DNA of 64,000 nucleotides from Anaerolineae bacterium (GTDB taxonomy: Bacteria > Chloroflexota > Anaerolineae > Anaerolineales > Villigracilaceae): NCBI GenBank assembly GCA_030123675.1, contig JASJYH010000004.1, positions 184 to 64,183 of the forward strand. Reading direction: 5' to 3'. Of this stretch, positions 37,813 through 48,106 are shown in pieces. Each line of letters starts with the position of its first letter. The stretch's first letter is position 1. The translations under genes and the position numbers were made by a program. The notes beneath the pieces were generated by a model. That model was not told the origin of the DNA. It worked only from the letters and a program-made list of their open reading frames with translations, and searched no databases.

Positions 37813-40620
37813 TTAGATTTGTTCTTCCGCTTTATTGGTACCATTACTGTCAGAATTGAATTGAATGATTATCTCAGAACCCGGTATACCGCGTCCAAGT
37901 TCTTCAACAGCAGTTTCTAGCACATTTCGTAGATTGATTGATGAGCCGATCTTTGCCGTTATTTCGCTAACAATATTTTCTTTTAAGGCTCTGCGGGTTG
38001 TTTCTTCAAGCAATGTGGCGTTTTCTATAGCAGTTCCAACTCTTTCAGCAAGCACCTCAAGTATTTCTGTCTCGTCTTGATTCAACTTTCTGTTTCCAGG
38101 GAGGTTAATGTTTATCGAACCGATCAATTGATCTCGAAGTTTAATTGCGAGGGCTTGTGTTGAATCATTTGATTTTGTCGGCGTATCCAGTGAACGGACG
38201 GTTGTCCCAGAAAGCTCGTAACCAACTACTTTACGCTTACCGGCTATTTTCTGCCAGGCTTCTAGCGTGTACTCTGCTACGACTGTTTGCGCATCAGTCA
38301 GTAGGCGTTGGGAAACTTCAAAAAGGCGAGCGTTTTCAATTGCCACACTAATTTCGTCAGCAAGAATTGAAAGGACTTCAATATCCTCTTCAGTGAAGGC
38401 ATCTGCTTCAAGACTCTGCACATCTAATGCGCCAATAATTTTTGAACCTACTAGTAGCGGAAGGGCCATTTCAGAACGGGTGTCTGGAAGTTCGGGGTTA
38501 TCAAAGTGAATAGCGTCATATCCCGTATCTAATGCGATTCTAGCTTCGCCAGTGGAGGTTACGTAGCCCACAATACTGGTTTGTTCAACTTTTAAGCGGT
38601 GTTTTCGTTCTAGCATTTTTTTCCCACCTTCACTGCTTGCGGCATTAAGAACAGCATACTCTCCGCTTTCATCTAGTAAGAACAATCCTACTTGATAGAA
38701 ACCGAATTCTTTACTAACTAAATCTACTGTTTTAGGGAGCAATGTATCCAATTGTTGAACGGTAGCAATCGTACGAGCGAGTTGAGCGACAGTTTTGAAC
38801 TGACCTGCTCGGGTTTCGATTTGACTTGCACTTATTTCAAGTTCCTCTGTACGGTCGGCTACACGTTGTTCTAACTCAGATAGATTATCTTGCAATTTAG
38901 TATTCATAATATTAAATGCAGACGCGAGCTGCCCAATCTCATCGTTCGATTCGATAACCGCGCGAGCGCTTAAATTGCCTCCCGAAACTTCATTTGCAGT
39001 TTCGGTAAGGTTAAGGATTGGATTAGCCAGAACCTGAGCAACTAAAAAGGACAGTAAGGTTGCAATTCCAACTATGATGGTTCCGATGAAACTGGTTAAA
39101 CGCACTTGTTGGCGGACGGGAATGAGGGCTTCATCCTTATTTAAATGAATAATGGTGAACCAATTCAAGTCATTAACTTCTGGCACATCGGCAACAGTTG
39201 TGACTTTAGCGGTTGAGAAAATATTTTCTTCGCCCTGAAATTCCCTGATGTCATAAACCTGATTGGATTCTTGAAGCTCAACAATATGTGTAATAACAAC
39301 CGGCGAGACAATTTCAAGTTGACCTGTATTTGTTTGAAATTCAAGATTTTGCTCGCCAGTAAAAATAATATCCAACATAGCTGGATCATCAATGAGTTCT
39401 TCACCAAGGGTTGATTGTATTAATTTTTTTAATGATATTGTAGTTTTTAAAATACCGTTTACTTCGGAATTAGTTTCATCGAGAATTGGCACAGCAATTA
39501 ATATTATATGATTGTTTGTATTTTCATCGAGAACAGGAGAACCAATATAAACTCCCCCCTTGCCATCGTTATAGGCTGATTGCCACCATAATTCCTCGGC
39601 ATGATAGTAAACTGGCGGTACATTATTAGCGCCTACTAGTGCACCTTTTTTATCTGTAACCAAAGTGTCGATGTTGTTTGGGAAGATTGCCCGATATCTC
39701 TCAAGGTTTTGAGCTACAGCATTATTTGACAGTAGATTTAGGATACGGTTAGTAGTAGATAAATCGACAATAGCGGCTTGATACTCTTGATCAATTTTTT
39801 GAATATTGTTGAGATTTTCAGCTTCATTGTCTGAATAGGTTACGTTTTTCTGGTCAATAGCAACTTGAAGAGTATCATTTAAGGCCAATGATTTTAATGA
39901 CTGAACTTGGTTGCTCAGTAAATCGCCAACAGCCTTACCGCGTGACTCGACAAGGGCATGTAATTGTTCTCCAACTTGATTTGTCAACGTTCTGGATGTT
40001 AATGTAACCATCACAATGTTGAATGTCGTACTGATTAAAACTACAACTGCTAAAATTGTGATTAAAACTTTACTGGCAAGCCTTAATTCTGCAAATTGAT
40101 ATATGGCCTGAACTAAAAATATTACCGTAGTACCTCGAGCTGCCCATATAATGACTGCCTCACCAATAGCATCACCAGTCTGGAGAATAGGTGAATAAAA
40201 TGCCAAAATACCCGATATAAGGCTTATTGCCAGAGCGATTACAAGACTTCGAATAACGAGATTGGTCGGTAGACATTGAATACCAATAACAAGAATAATG
40301 ATCAGGATAGCCAATCCAACTTCAGAACCAACGTTAGCCTGAGTAGCTGATATGAGCAAACCCGTTAAAATTATTGCCGCCATCAAATGCCAAACACCGA
40401 TAGCTGGGTTCTCTTCATCTCTTGTTCGGATAATTGTTTGGGAGATAGTTGCTATTATATAAAATGTTCCTGCGATAATAAAACTGAACAAGTTTTGAGT
40501 TGAGGTGCCTCGGAAGAAGAAAAGGATGGCTCCGAACGGGGCCAGAATAATAGGAATTCTAGCAAGGCGAGCAAGATTATCTCCAAGATTATCCCCTAAA
40601 CCAATAGGATTAAAACTCAT
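37813..40620 (-). CDS. Receptor-like paralog 2: ~6-7 TM, Cache-like extracytoplasmic domain, TM, HAMP, S-helix, GAF, C-terminal module
   Basis: 935 aa. Cache-like WWQSAYNDGKGGVYIGSPVLDE...LIAVPILDE, HAMP, LEQRVADRTEEL, GAF core FGFYQVGLFL...FDNPELPDTRSEMALPL...IGALDVQS, and tail LAERVGTAIENATLLEE..RRALKE..EITAKIGSSINLRNVLETAVEELG. Confidence 0.85.
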   Translation of the reverse strand: MSFNPIGLGDNLGDNLARLARIPIILAPFGAILFFFRGTSTQNLFSFIIAGTFYIIATISQTIIRTRDEENPAIGVWHLMAAIILTGLLISATQANVGSEVGLAILIIILVIGIQCLPTNLVIRSLVIALAISLISGILAFYSPILQTGDAIGEAVIIWAARGTTVIFLVQAIYQFAELRLASKVLITILAVVVLISTTFNIVMVTLTSRTLTNQVGEQLHALVESRGKAVGDLLSNQVQSLKSLALNDTLQVAIDQKNVTYSDNEAENLNNIQKIDQEYQAAIVDLSTTNRILNLLSNNAVAQNLERYRAIFPNNIDTLVTDKKGALVGANNVPPVYYHAEELWWQSAYNDGKGGVYIGSPVLDENTNNHIILIAVPILDETNSEVNGILKTTISLKKLIQSTLGEELIDDPAMLDIIFTGEQNLEFQTNTGQLEIVSPVVITHIVELQESNQVYDIREFQGEENIFSTAKVTTVADVPEVNDLNWFTIIHLNKDEALIPVRQQVRLTSFIGTIIVGIATLLSFLVAQVLANPILNLTETANEVSGGNLSARAVIESNDEIGQLASAFNIMNTKLQDNLSELEQRVADRTEELEISASQIETRAGQFKTVAQLARTIATVQQLDTLLPKTVDLVSKEFGFYQVGLFLLDESGEYAVLNAASSEGGKKMLERKHRLKVEQTSIVGYVTSTGEARIALDTGYDAIHFDNPELPDTRSEMALPLLVGSKIIGALDVQSLEADAFTEEDIEVLSILADEISVAIENARLFEVSQRLLTDAQTVVAEYTLEAWQKIAGKRKVVGYELSGTTVRSLDTPTKSNDSTQALAIKLRDQLIGSININLPGNRKLNQDETEILEVLAERVGTAIENATLLEETTRRALKENIVSEITAKIGSSINLRNVLETAVEELGRGIPGSEIIIQFNSDSNGTNKAEEQI

Positions 40621-40663
40621 ATTTTCTCCAAATTAAAAGTCCACTTTTCATTTTTTTCGAATG

Positions 40664-42367
40664 TTAATCTTTATCAACCTGTATGGTGATATCTGCGCCT
40701 GGAAGAATACTTCCTATTTCTCGCAGAGTTGTCTGTAGAATATTTTCTAAATTAATCGATTGAGTAATCTTAGATGTTATTTCACCAATGACTTGTTCCT
40801 TGGCACCACGGCGTTGTGCGTCTTCCAATAACCGTGCCCCTTCAAGCGCCAGGGCAGTACGGTCAGCTGCCGCTTTGGTTAAGGAAATTTCATCATCTGA
40901 CCACTCATAATCTGGATTGGCAGGCTCAAGTACCAGGGTAGCTACTTCTTGGCCGCGGTAACTGATAGGAATTTTGAATGAGCCCTTTACAGGTGAAATT
41001 CCCGCTTCTGTCAAAGGCTGTGCCTTGTTTCCGTCATATCGATATCCTTTTAAAGCCGTAATTTGAGTGTATTCTTTCCAGGCCCGACCAGTTAATTGAC
41101 GGGTTGCAAAATCGGCCTCATGTAATGCGCGCTGTGCCTGGTCTAAAGATTGTGCGTTTTGAATAGCAACAGAGACTTGGTCAGCTAAAATTGAGAAAAT
41201 TCCTACATCTTCTTGAGAAAATGCATTTATTTCTTTAGACTGGATATCCAGTGCGCCTACAATTTCCTGGCCTAACATAAGGGGCAGTGCCACTTCAGAG
41301 TGTGTATCTGGTAATTCGGGATTGTCAAAAAATTCTGATTCTTCACCTACATCCAAAGCGATGCGGGCCTGGCCTCGAGAAGTAACAAAACCAACAATAC
41401 CCTCCTGACCAACTTGCAATCGATGTTGACGTGCAAGCATTTTTTGACCACCTTCACTATTTGCAGCGCGCATAATAGCAAATTGTTTTTTATCATCCAG
41501 CAAAAAGATGCCCACATGATAGAAACCAAAACGTTCACTGATCAAATTGGTAATTTCGGGCAGCAATTGGTCTACACCACGAAGGGTGGCGATTGAACTC
41601 GCAACATCTGCAATGGCCTCTAGCTGCTCTGTGCGTCCTTTTAGGTCTTGTGTCCTGTCAATTACTCTCTGCTCTAATGTATCGATCAGTTCACGCATTT
41701 GATTATCCCTCTCGGAAATTTGTTCAGCCATTTCGTTTGCGCGTTGGGCAATTACATCGATATCACCTTGTTTCACAGTTGGTATTTTGTATTTGTAATC
41801 GCCACCTGCGAATACCTCTAAGCCTTCAGTCAATTGAGTTAATGGTTTTATTAAAAGTCTTCGTAGTAAAAATCGGGTAACCACCTGTACAGCTACTATA
41901 AGCGCCAATCCTACCCATAAATTTACCAACAAAATATTGATTTGATCAGAAGTGTCTTTTTCAAAAGATACTTCAACGCTTCCTACTGGATTATCTTCAA
42001 AATTAATTGTGCGCTGTTCGGATAATATTCCTGTCTGCTCACCTAAATCTTCTTGAGGAAATTTATATATTACTTGATGAGTTTCATCAAATATATTCAA
42101 AATGACAACACCATCAATTTGTTGATAGCCATTCGCAATTTGTTCAATTCCGGGCGAATCATTAATTCTTAATGGAGAAGCCAGAACTTGGGCTAAGTTG
42201 TCGGCAATCTTGGTGGCCCTATTTTCTAAATCGGCTGTTGCCTGGTTTACAGCGCGAAAATAGTTGTAGATACTTATTCCGCTGATGACTATAATTATTG
42301 TGAAAGCCAGACCGATCGTTAAATCTCTTGTTACTGTTCGTCGCCTACCACTGATCAAATTACTCAT
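40664..42367 (-). CDS. Receptor-like paralog 3: TM, ~130-aa extracytoplasmic domain, TM, HAMP, S-helix, GAF, C-terminal module
   Basis: 567 aa. LEQRVIDRTQDL; GAF core FGFYHVGIFLLD...FDNPELPDTHSEVALPL...VGALDIQS; GYRYDG linker motif; tail AADRTALALEGARLLED..RRGAKE..EITSKITQSINLENILQTTLREIG. Confidence 0.85.
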   Translation of the reverse strand: MSNLISGRRRTVTRDLTIGLAFTIIIVISGISIYNYFRAVNQATADLENRATKIADNLAQVLASPLRINDSPGIEQIANGYQQIDGVVILNIFDETHQVIYKFPQEDLGEQTGILSEQRTINFEDNPVGSVEVSFEKDTSDQINILLVNLWVGLALIVAVQVVTRFLLRRLLIKPLTQLTEGLEVFAGGDYKYKIPTVKQGDIDVIAQRANEMAEQISERDNQMRELIDTLEQRVIDRTQDLKGRTEQLEAIADVASSIATLRGVDQLLPEITNLISERFGFYHVGIFLLDDKKQFAIMRAANSEGGQKMLARQHRLQVGQEGIVGFVTSRGQARIALDVGEESEFFDNPELPDTHSEVALPLMLGQEIVGALDIQSKEINAFSQEDVGIFSILADQVSVAIQNAQSLDQAQRALHEADFATRQLTGRAWKEYTQITALKGYRYDGNKAQPLTEAGISPVKGSFKIPISYRGQEVATLVLEPANPDYEWSDDEISLTKAAADRTALALEGARLLEDAQRRGAKEQVIGEITSKITQSINLENILQTTLREIGSILPGADITIQVDKD

Positions 42368-42469
42368 ACATAGCCTCGTAAAGGAATATTAGTTCGATTT
42401 TGAGTATTGTTCTTTACTCTAAAAACTTCCATCAATATTATTTTTAGACTTCTAAATCAGATACAAAGA

Positions 42470-43855
42470 TTATTTATTGTTCCTGTTATCCGGTTCTAGC
42501 GAAGGCGCCTCAGTTATGTTTGCCATTTCGATGGTGACGCCGCTGGCTCCAGAAAGGCGACGGCCAAGTTCTTCTACAGTCGTTTGCAAGATTGACTCGA
42601 CATCCCTGGCTGCATTAATGCTGGCTGAGATTTCTCCAATAACCTGTTCTTTGGAAACAGAGTTTCGTGCATCTTCGATCAAGCGGGCAATCTCCAGCGC
42701 CAAGCCAGTTCGGTCAGCAACTGCTTTTGCCATCAATAATTCATTATTAGACCATTCACGATTTGGATCTAATGCGTTTAGGTGAATGCGGCCGATAGTA
42801 TTTCCGCGAATTTTAATTGGGATCGAGAGTTGGTCACTAGACACTAATTTCTTGTGTTGTTTTTCCGTATATGGTTTGGGTGTGAGACCATCATAAATGT
42901 AGCCCTTAACCTTAACTCCAGGTAGATAGCTTTTCCAAATTAGGCCGGATTCACGTTTGCTGGTAGCCTCTTTCAATTTCAGAGCCAATTCTGCCTCTTC
43001 CACAAAGCGAGTACTTTGAATTGATATGGCAACTTGGTCGGCGAGAATTGAGAGCACATCGACATCATCTTGTGTAAAGGCATTTCGTTCTTTTGATTGT
43101 AAGTCCAATGCGCCAATGATTTCGCCCGCTATTTTTAATGGAAGAGCCATTTCGGAATGGGTTTCGGGTAAGTCAGGATTGTCAAAAATAACGGAACCAA
43201 CCCCAACGTCTAGGGCGATGCGGTGTTTTCCGATAAATGTCACGTTTCCTACGATACCTTGTCTGCCAATTTTTATCCGGTGTCCATTATTGATCATCTT
43301 TTTTCCGCCCTCACTACTAGCTGCTCTTAATATGGCAAACTCACGATTTTCGTCTACCAAGAAAATGCCTATATGGTAATACTCGAATCTCTGACTTATC
43401 AATAAAGCGATTGAATCAAGTAATTGTTTCAAATCTTTTACTGTAGCCCCTGAACGGGCTACATCTGCAACAATTCGGAGTTGATTTACTTTCTCACTAA
43501 TTTTCTCGTTAGCGGCTCCCAGTTCAGAAGTGCGTTCTAAGACTCGCTGCTCTAATTCTTCACCCGATGCTTGAAGTTCATCGTTTGCTAATTCAATAAT
43601 TTCGTTCGCCTCATATAGGCGGTCTTCACGAATTCCGACAAAAAAGGCCAACAGACCAAGAAAAATGGGTGCTGTGTCAATGATATTAATTAATTGGTTC
43701 GTTTGATGTAGCACAATTACATTTAGTAATGTAAGTTGTAATCCACTTTGTGATAATTCTATTACTGTTCCAATTAGTGGAAATAAAAAGCCGAACCCAA
43801 CCCCTATTAGGGTAAATTTATTTCGTTTATCGTTGCTAATTGATTTTTTTGTCAT
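42470..43855 (-). CDS. Receptor-like paralog 4: short TM N-terminus, coiled coil/S-helix, GAF, C-terminal module (no HAMP seen)
   Basis: 461 aa. LEQRVLERTSEL; GAF core FEYYHIGIFLVD...FDNPDLPETHSEMALPL...IGALDLQS; tail VADRTGLALEIARLIED...EISASINAARDVESILQTTVEELG. Confidence 0.85.
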   Translation of the reverse strand: MTKKSISNDKRNKFTLIGVGFGFLFPLIGTVIELSQSGLQLTLLNVIVLHQTNQLINIIDTAPIFLGLLAFFVGIREDRLYEANEIIELANDELQASGEELEQRVLERTSELGAANEKISEKVNQLRIVADVARSGATVKDLKQLLDSIALLISQRFEYYHIGIFLVDENREFAILRAASSEGGKKMINNGHRIKIGRQGIVGNVTFIGKHRIALDVGVGSVIFDNPDLPETHSEMALPLKIAGEIIGALDLQSKERNAFTQDDVDVLSILADQVAISIQSTRFVEEAELALKLKEATSKRESGLIWKSYLPGVKVKGYIYDGLTPKPYTEKQHKKLVSSDQLSIPIKIRGNTIGRIHLNALDPNREWSNNELLMAKAVADRTGLALEIARLIEDARNSVSKEQVIGEISASINAARDVESILQTTVEELGRRLSGASGVTIEMANITEAPSLEPDNRNNK

Positions 43856-43940
43856 TCTATTTTTCCATGCAGATTTATTATGATTTTAGCCAATCGGTCA
43901 GAAGATTTGATATTTTTGATCGTGCATATCCATATTCTTA

Positions 43941-46427
43941 TTAAATGTCTGACCTTAAATCTGATTCTAATTCAAGAAGTACATTTGTTCCACCAAGTTG
44001 TCGACCTAATTCTTGCACTGTTGTGCGTAGTATTTCTTCAATATTCGTCGTTGCACCAATTTTTAATGCCATTTCGCCAATAGATTGCTCAAGAGAGGCA
44101 CTGCGCTGGGCATCTTCAAATAAACGAGCGCTATCTAATGTATTACCGATTTCACCAGAAAATGAAACAACATCTGAAATCTCATCGGGTGACCAAGGAT
44201 CATTTGAAGATTGTTTTTCGAGACGCATCATACCGATTGTTATGCCGCGGGAGGAAATGGGTACACTTAAGGTTCTTTGGTCTTTGCTGAGAACAGGTTT
44301 TCCCTTATTAAGCTCTTTCTTAACTTCTGGATCTAAAGTTCCATTTGATTCAGACAACTCACCGTGAATAGAACTGATATACCCTGGGGCCGATTGGCCT
44401 TGTAGCAATAATCTCCATCCGCTCTGGCTGAGCTTGCCAGTGGCCCTGTGAGACCTGGAGAGTGCCTCTTGTATTTCATTCAGCAAAAGTGCGTTTTGGA
44501 TTGCTATGGCCAATTGATCGGCTAATATTTGGAGGGTTGGAATATCATAATCTGAAAATGCATCCGACTCGTTGCTCTGGACGTCTAATACTCCAAAGAT
44601 TTCGCCACCAGAAACGAGGGGTAAGGCTGCTTGTGAATGTGTTTCTGGCAAATCCGGATTGTCAAATTTCACTGCATCTTCGCCAATGTCTAAAGCAATT
44701 TTTGCAACACGATCACTTGCTGCCGTACCCACAATTCCTTCAACCCCAACCTTTAATTTATATTTGCTGGCAAGCATTTTTTCGCCCCCTTTACTGTTGG
44801 CTGCTCTCAGGATCACATAATCATTGAGAGAGTCGACCAAAAATATTCCTACATGATAATATCCAAACCTATTGCTAATGAGGTGTACCGCTCGAGGTAA
44901 GAGATCTTCCAAAGTTCGTTGCTCAGCGATTGCCTTGCCAACTTCTGCTACTGCTTGTATATGTCCAGCGCGTCTTTCTATGTCCCTCGTGCGTTCCGCA
45001 ACAGCACCTTCGAGATTTGTGATTAACCCTTGGGCGGTTGTTGTAACGCTATTTAGCGTTCTCCCCAAGACACCTATTTCATCCCCAGATTTAACTTCGG
45101 CTCTCTTATCGAGATTGCCTGCAGCAACCTCATTTGCCACCTTTGTTAGTCTATCTAACGGTGAGATTATGGAGGTACCTATTCCGTAGGAGGCTAATGC
45201 TGATACAGCGAGCATAATTAATATTATTCCAACTGCACTTGTGAGAGTTTCTTGAGTTTGGGTTTCTATGATTGTATTTGTTGCTACAAAATCTTCAAGC
45301 AATTCATTTTCAGGGACAATTAAACCTAGGCTGAAACCGACTATAGGAATTGGCTTATAAGCGATATAACGATTGCTGCCATTAATATTTATAAGACGCA
45401 CTCCTGACTGACCACTTGTCATTTGCGTGAGCACCTCATTAACCTCTGAAGAGACGCGACCTATTAATGACAGCTCGGCAATATTTACGCTTTGAACTTC
45501 TTCAAGGGTCAAATTGAAATCTTGATACGCAGTTTCTGGCATCTCGAGCAATCTACCTTCCGAATCAATAAGGATGCTATATCCTGAATTTCCTATAGAC
45601 AATGCGCCTACTCGATCAGTTATTGAAGAAAGGTTGAAGTCTATTCCGGCAACACCTCTAAACTCACCGTTGGTATCATAAACTGGAACACTACTGGTTA
45701 CAAACAATCCGGTTTGTGCTGAATTTTGCCAAGGTATCGACCAAACTGCCTTATTGTCAAGTTGTGATACTTTCAATGAACTTTGATACCAAGGAGTGCT
45801 TGTAACACTATAATCCAAGGGTAGGGTAGCAGCTAAATTAATATTCGGGTAATACACGGTTTCCCCTAGATTTCCACCAAAATATACTGCTTCAATTTCC
45901 GGATTTTCAATAAATAATCCTTCTACAAAAAGATCAAGTCCTTTTAGGGCAGCCAACTCAATCGCGATGCTGTCATTTAGCGGAATTGTGCCCGGAAGGA
46001 AAATTGATGAAGCCTCTGAGTTTGAATTATCAAGGGATCCGTTAGGTAGTTGTTTCAATTCCAAATAAGGATTCCACGGACTTTCATCTGAAAGGGGAGA
46101 TCCATTATTGGAGATTACTGTTCCAGTGATAGTACCAAAAATTTCGGTTACATTTTTCAATGATGAGAACAAAAATGCAATATCACTAGCTTCATCTGAA
46201 GCAATCACGGCCAACCGATTTTCGATCTCTTGAGTCACACTCATATCAAATTGATCTACTAAAAAATTATTGGTTTCTCGTGAGCGCGAAAGAACAAAAT
46301 ATCCCATAATTGAAACTGTAATGAGAACGATAAATAAGTTGCCTAATAGGATTTTCGTTTTCAACGAAAAGGAATAACGCAGTTTGGGATTAATTGCTGT
46401 ACCCGTTGAACCTTGATCATCGGTCAT
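43941..46427 (-). CDS. Receptor-like paralog 5: TM, double-Cache-like sensor, TM, HAMP, S-helix, GAF, C-terminal module
   Basis: 828 aa. dCache-like WYQSSLK...VTSSVPVYDTNGEFRGVAGIDFNLSSI...GYSILIDSEGRLL; HAMP; LEGAVAERTRDI; GAF core FGYYHVGIFLVD...FDNPDLPETHSQAALPL...FGVLDVQS. Start overlaps the upstream stop (ATGA). Confidence 0.85.
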   Translation of the reverse strand: MTDDQGSTGTAINPKLRYSFSLKTKILLGNLFIVLITVSIMGYFVLSRSRETNNFLVDQFDMSVTQEIENRLAVIASDEASDIAFLFSSLKNVTEIFGTITGTVISNNGSPLSDESPWNPYLELKQLPNGSLDNSNSEASSIFLPGTIPLNDSIAIELAALKGLDLFVEGLFIENPEIEAVYFGGNLGETVYYPNINLAATLPLDYSVTSTPWYQSSLKVSQLDNKAVWSIPWQNSAQTGLFVTSSVPVYDTNGEFRGVAGIDFNLSSITDRVGALSIGNSGYSILIDSEGRLLEMPETAYQDFNLTLEEVQSVNIAELSLIGRVSSEVNEVLTQMTSGQSGVRLININGSNRYIAYKPIPIVGFSLGLIVPENELLEDFVATNTIIETQTQETLTSAVGIILIMLAVSALASYGIGTSIISPLDRLTKVANEVAAGNLDKRAEVKSGDEIGVLGRTLNSVTTTAQGLITNLEGAVAERTRDIERRAGHIQAVAEVGKAIAEQRTLEDLLPRAVHLISNRFGYYHVGIFLVDSLNDYVILRAANSKGGEKMLASKYKLKVGVEGIVGTAASDRVAKIALDIGEDAVKFDNPDLPETHSQAALPLVSGGEIFGVLDVQSNESDAFSDYDIPTLQILADQLAIAIQNALLLNEIQEALSRSHRATGKLSQSGWRLLLQGQSAPGYISSIHGELSESNGTLDPEVKKELNKGKPVLSKDQRTLSVPISSRGITIGMMRLEKQSSNDPWSPDEISDVVSFSGEIGNTLDSARLFEDAQRSASLEQSIGEMALKIGATTNIEEILRTTVQELGRQLGGTNVLLELESDLRSDI

Positions 46428-48106
46428 ATGTTGTTTTCCTCTTTAGGTTTTGATGAAGGTGCCTTACCATTTTTCTTGCTGGCATCTACATTATCCTCTT
46501 GCAGCAAGCGCACTTCAGCTTCTTGTAAATTAAATGCTTGTTGGATTTCACGAGCAGTCGTTTTAAGTACCGTCTCTAAATCTAAAGTTTCCCGTATTTT
46601 AGAGGTTGCATTTGATATTAATTTGTCTCGATTTGTGCTTTCTCTGGATCGTTCAATATGCCGAATGTTTTCTAATGCAAGAGCGGCCTGATCTGCAACT
46701 TCTTTAGCAATTATCTCTTCTTCCTTGGTCCATTTTTGAAAATCAGATTTACGGTGTAAAGAGATTATTCCAATTTTTTGGCCTCTAAGTACCAAAGGTA
46801 CGTCCACACTGTTTTTTCCTTTTTGAGATTTTGTTTTTGTTATGGGACGAACACCAGAGTTTGAATACTGGTATGCCAATTTTCCGGTTTCTAATTCAAC
46901 TTTCCAGTTCTTTCGAATGTTTTCTCCAGATATTTTCTCTAGTTGCTTTATTACTAATTCAGTCTCACCGATAACTCGGGCATTTTCAATGGCTACCGCC
47001 ATATGATCTGCAAGGGTTTGATATATGTCTAGGTCTTCATATTTAAATGCTTCAAGCTCAGAAGAATGTATATCTAACACTCCTATCACTTTATTTCGAA
47101 CAATGAGTGGTACTGCTATTTCTGAACGTGTCCTAGAAAATTCTAGGTTTTCTAAAATCATGGGGTCTTTGTCGGTTTCTTGAGAAATTCGAGCTTTCCT
47201 CTCAGCGGCAACGAAACCTACAATCCCCTGGGTTCCAACTCCTAGTCTGTAGCCCTTCTCGATAAGTTGTTTTCCACTTTCCGATGAGGCGGCTTGCAGT
47301 TCCGCGTAGTCTCCACGTTCATTAATTAAGTAAATCCCAACGTGATAATAATTAAATTGCTTTGCTATTAGATCTACGCTGCTATTTAATAACTCTTCAA
47401 GTTCTTTTATTTCAGCAGTCTGGCGTGCAACAAAAGCAGAAGTTATTAATTTATTTGTTCTTTGGGTTAATTCTTTTGTTCTTTCGATGACACGGTTTTC
47501 CAATTCAGTTTGTGATTTGTGTAATGTGGCTAGAATACTTTCGGCACGCATTTTAACCTTATTGAAACCCTCATACATCATTGAAATGCCCAACAGAACC
47601 ACTAATGTAATTAGTAAATGAATCGAGCCTGCGCCAACCCAATCTAAAATAGTTCCTTCAACCATCAGCTTGTCAGCAAGTGAAAGATAATTGTTGAGCT
47701 GTAGAAATCCCATCCCAATGATAACGATCTCGCTAAGTATTATTGCAGTCCAACCAGCACGAGTGCCAATTAACAGAGCAGATAGGGTTACAAATGCCAA
47801 CAAAAAGAATAACCCATCTCCTCGAATCCCGGTTTCTAACAAATCGCCAACCCCAATTATTAAGGGCAAGGAAACGAATAAAGTTGCTTTAAGCTTATAT
47901 GGGATATTAATGATGATCGAAAAAACCAGCGTTATATATACCCCAATGTAAATACTCTGTAAATAAAAATCAGTGGCGCTCATTACTGCTGGTATTAATG
48001 CAAATAACCCAAGGATTGCGGAAATGACGAGAATCTTTTGGAGGAAACTTTTCCGCCAATTATCTTGCTCAAGTGTGTGTTCTTGTTTTAGTGATTCCAA
48101 TGTCAT
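46424..48106 (-). CDS. Receptor-like paralog 6: polytopic membrane N-terminus, S-helix, GAF, C-terminal module
   Basis: 560 aa. About 5-6 TM, LENRVIERTKEL, GAF core FNYYHVGIYLIN...SRTRSEIAVPL...IGVLDIHS, and tail VADQAALALENIRHIE...ATSKIRETLDLETVLKTTAREI. ATGA overlaps at both ends. Confidence 0.85.
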   Translation of the reverse strand: MTLESLKQEHTLEQDNWRKSFLQKILVISAILGLFALIPAVMSATDFYLQSIYIGVYITLVFSIIINIPYKLKATLFVSLPLIIGVGDLLETGIRGDGLFFLLAFVTLSALLIGTRAGWTAIILSEIVIIGMGFLQLNNYLSLADKLMVEGTILDWVGAGSIHLLITLVVLLGISMMYEGFNKVKMRAESILATLHKSQTELENRVIERTKELTQRTNKLITSAFVARQTAEIKELEELLNSSVDLIAKQFNYYHVGIYLINERGDYAELQAASSESGKQLIEKGYRLGVGTQGIVGFVAAERKARISQETDKDPMILENLEFSRTRSEIAVPLIVRNKVIGVLDIHSSELEAFKYEDLDIYQTLADHMAVAIENARVIGETELVIKQLEKISGENIRKNWKVELETGKLAYQYSNSGVRPITKTKSQKGKNSVDVPLVLRGQKIGIISLHRKSDFQKWTKEEEIIAKEVADQAALALENIRHIERSRESTNRDKLISNATSKIRETLDLETVLKTTAREIQQAFNLQEAEVRLLQEDNVDASKKNGKAPSSKPKEENNI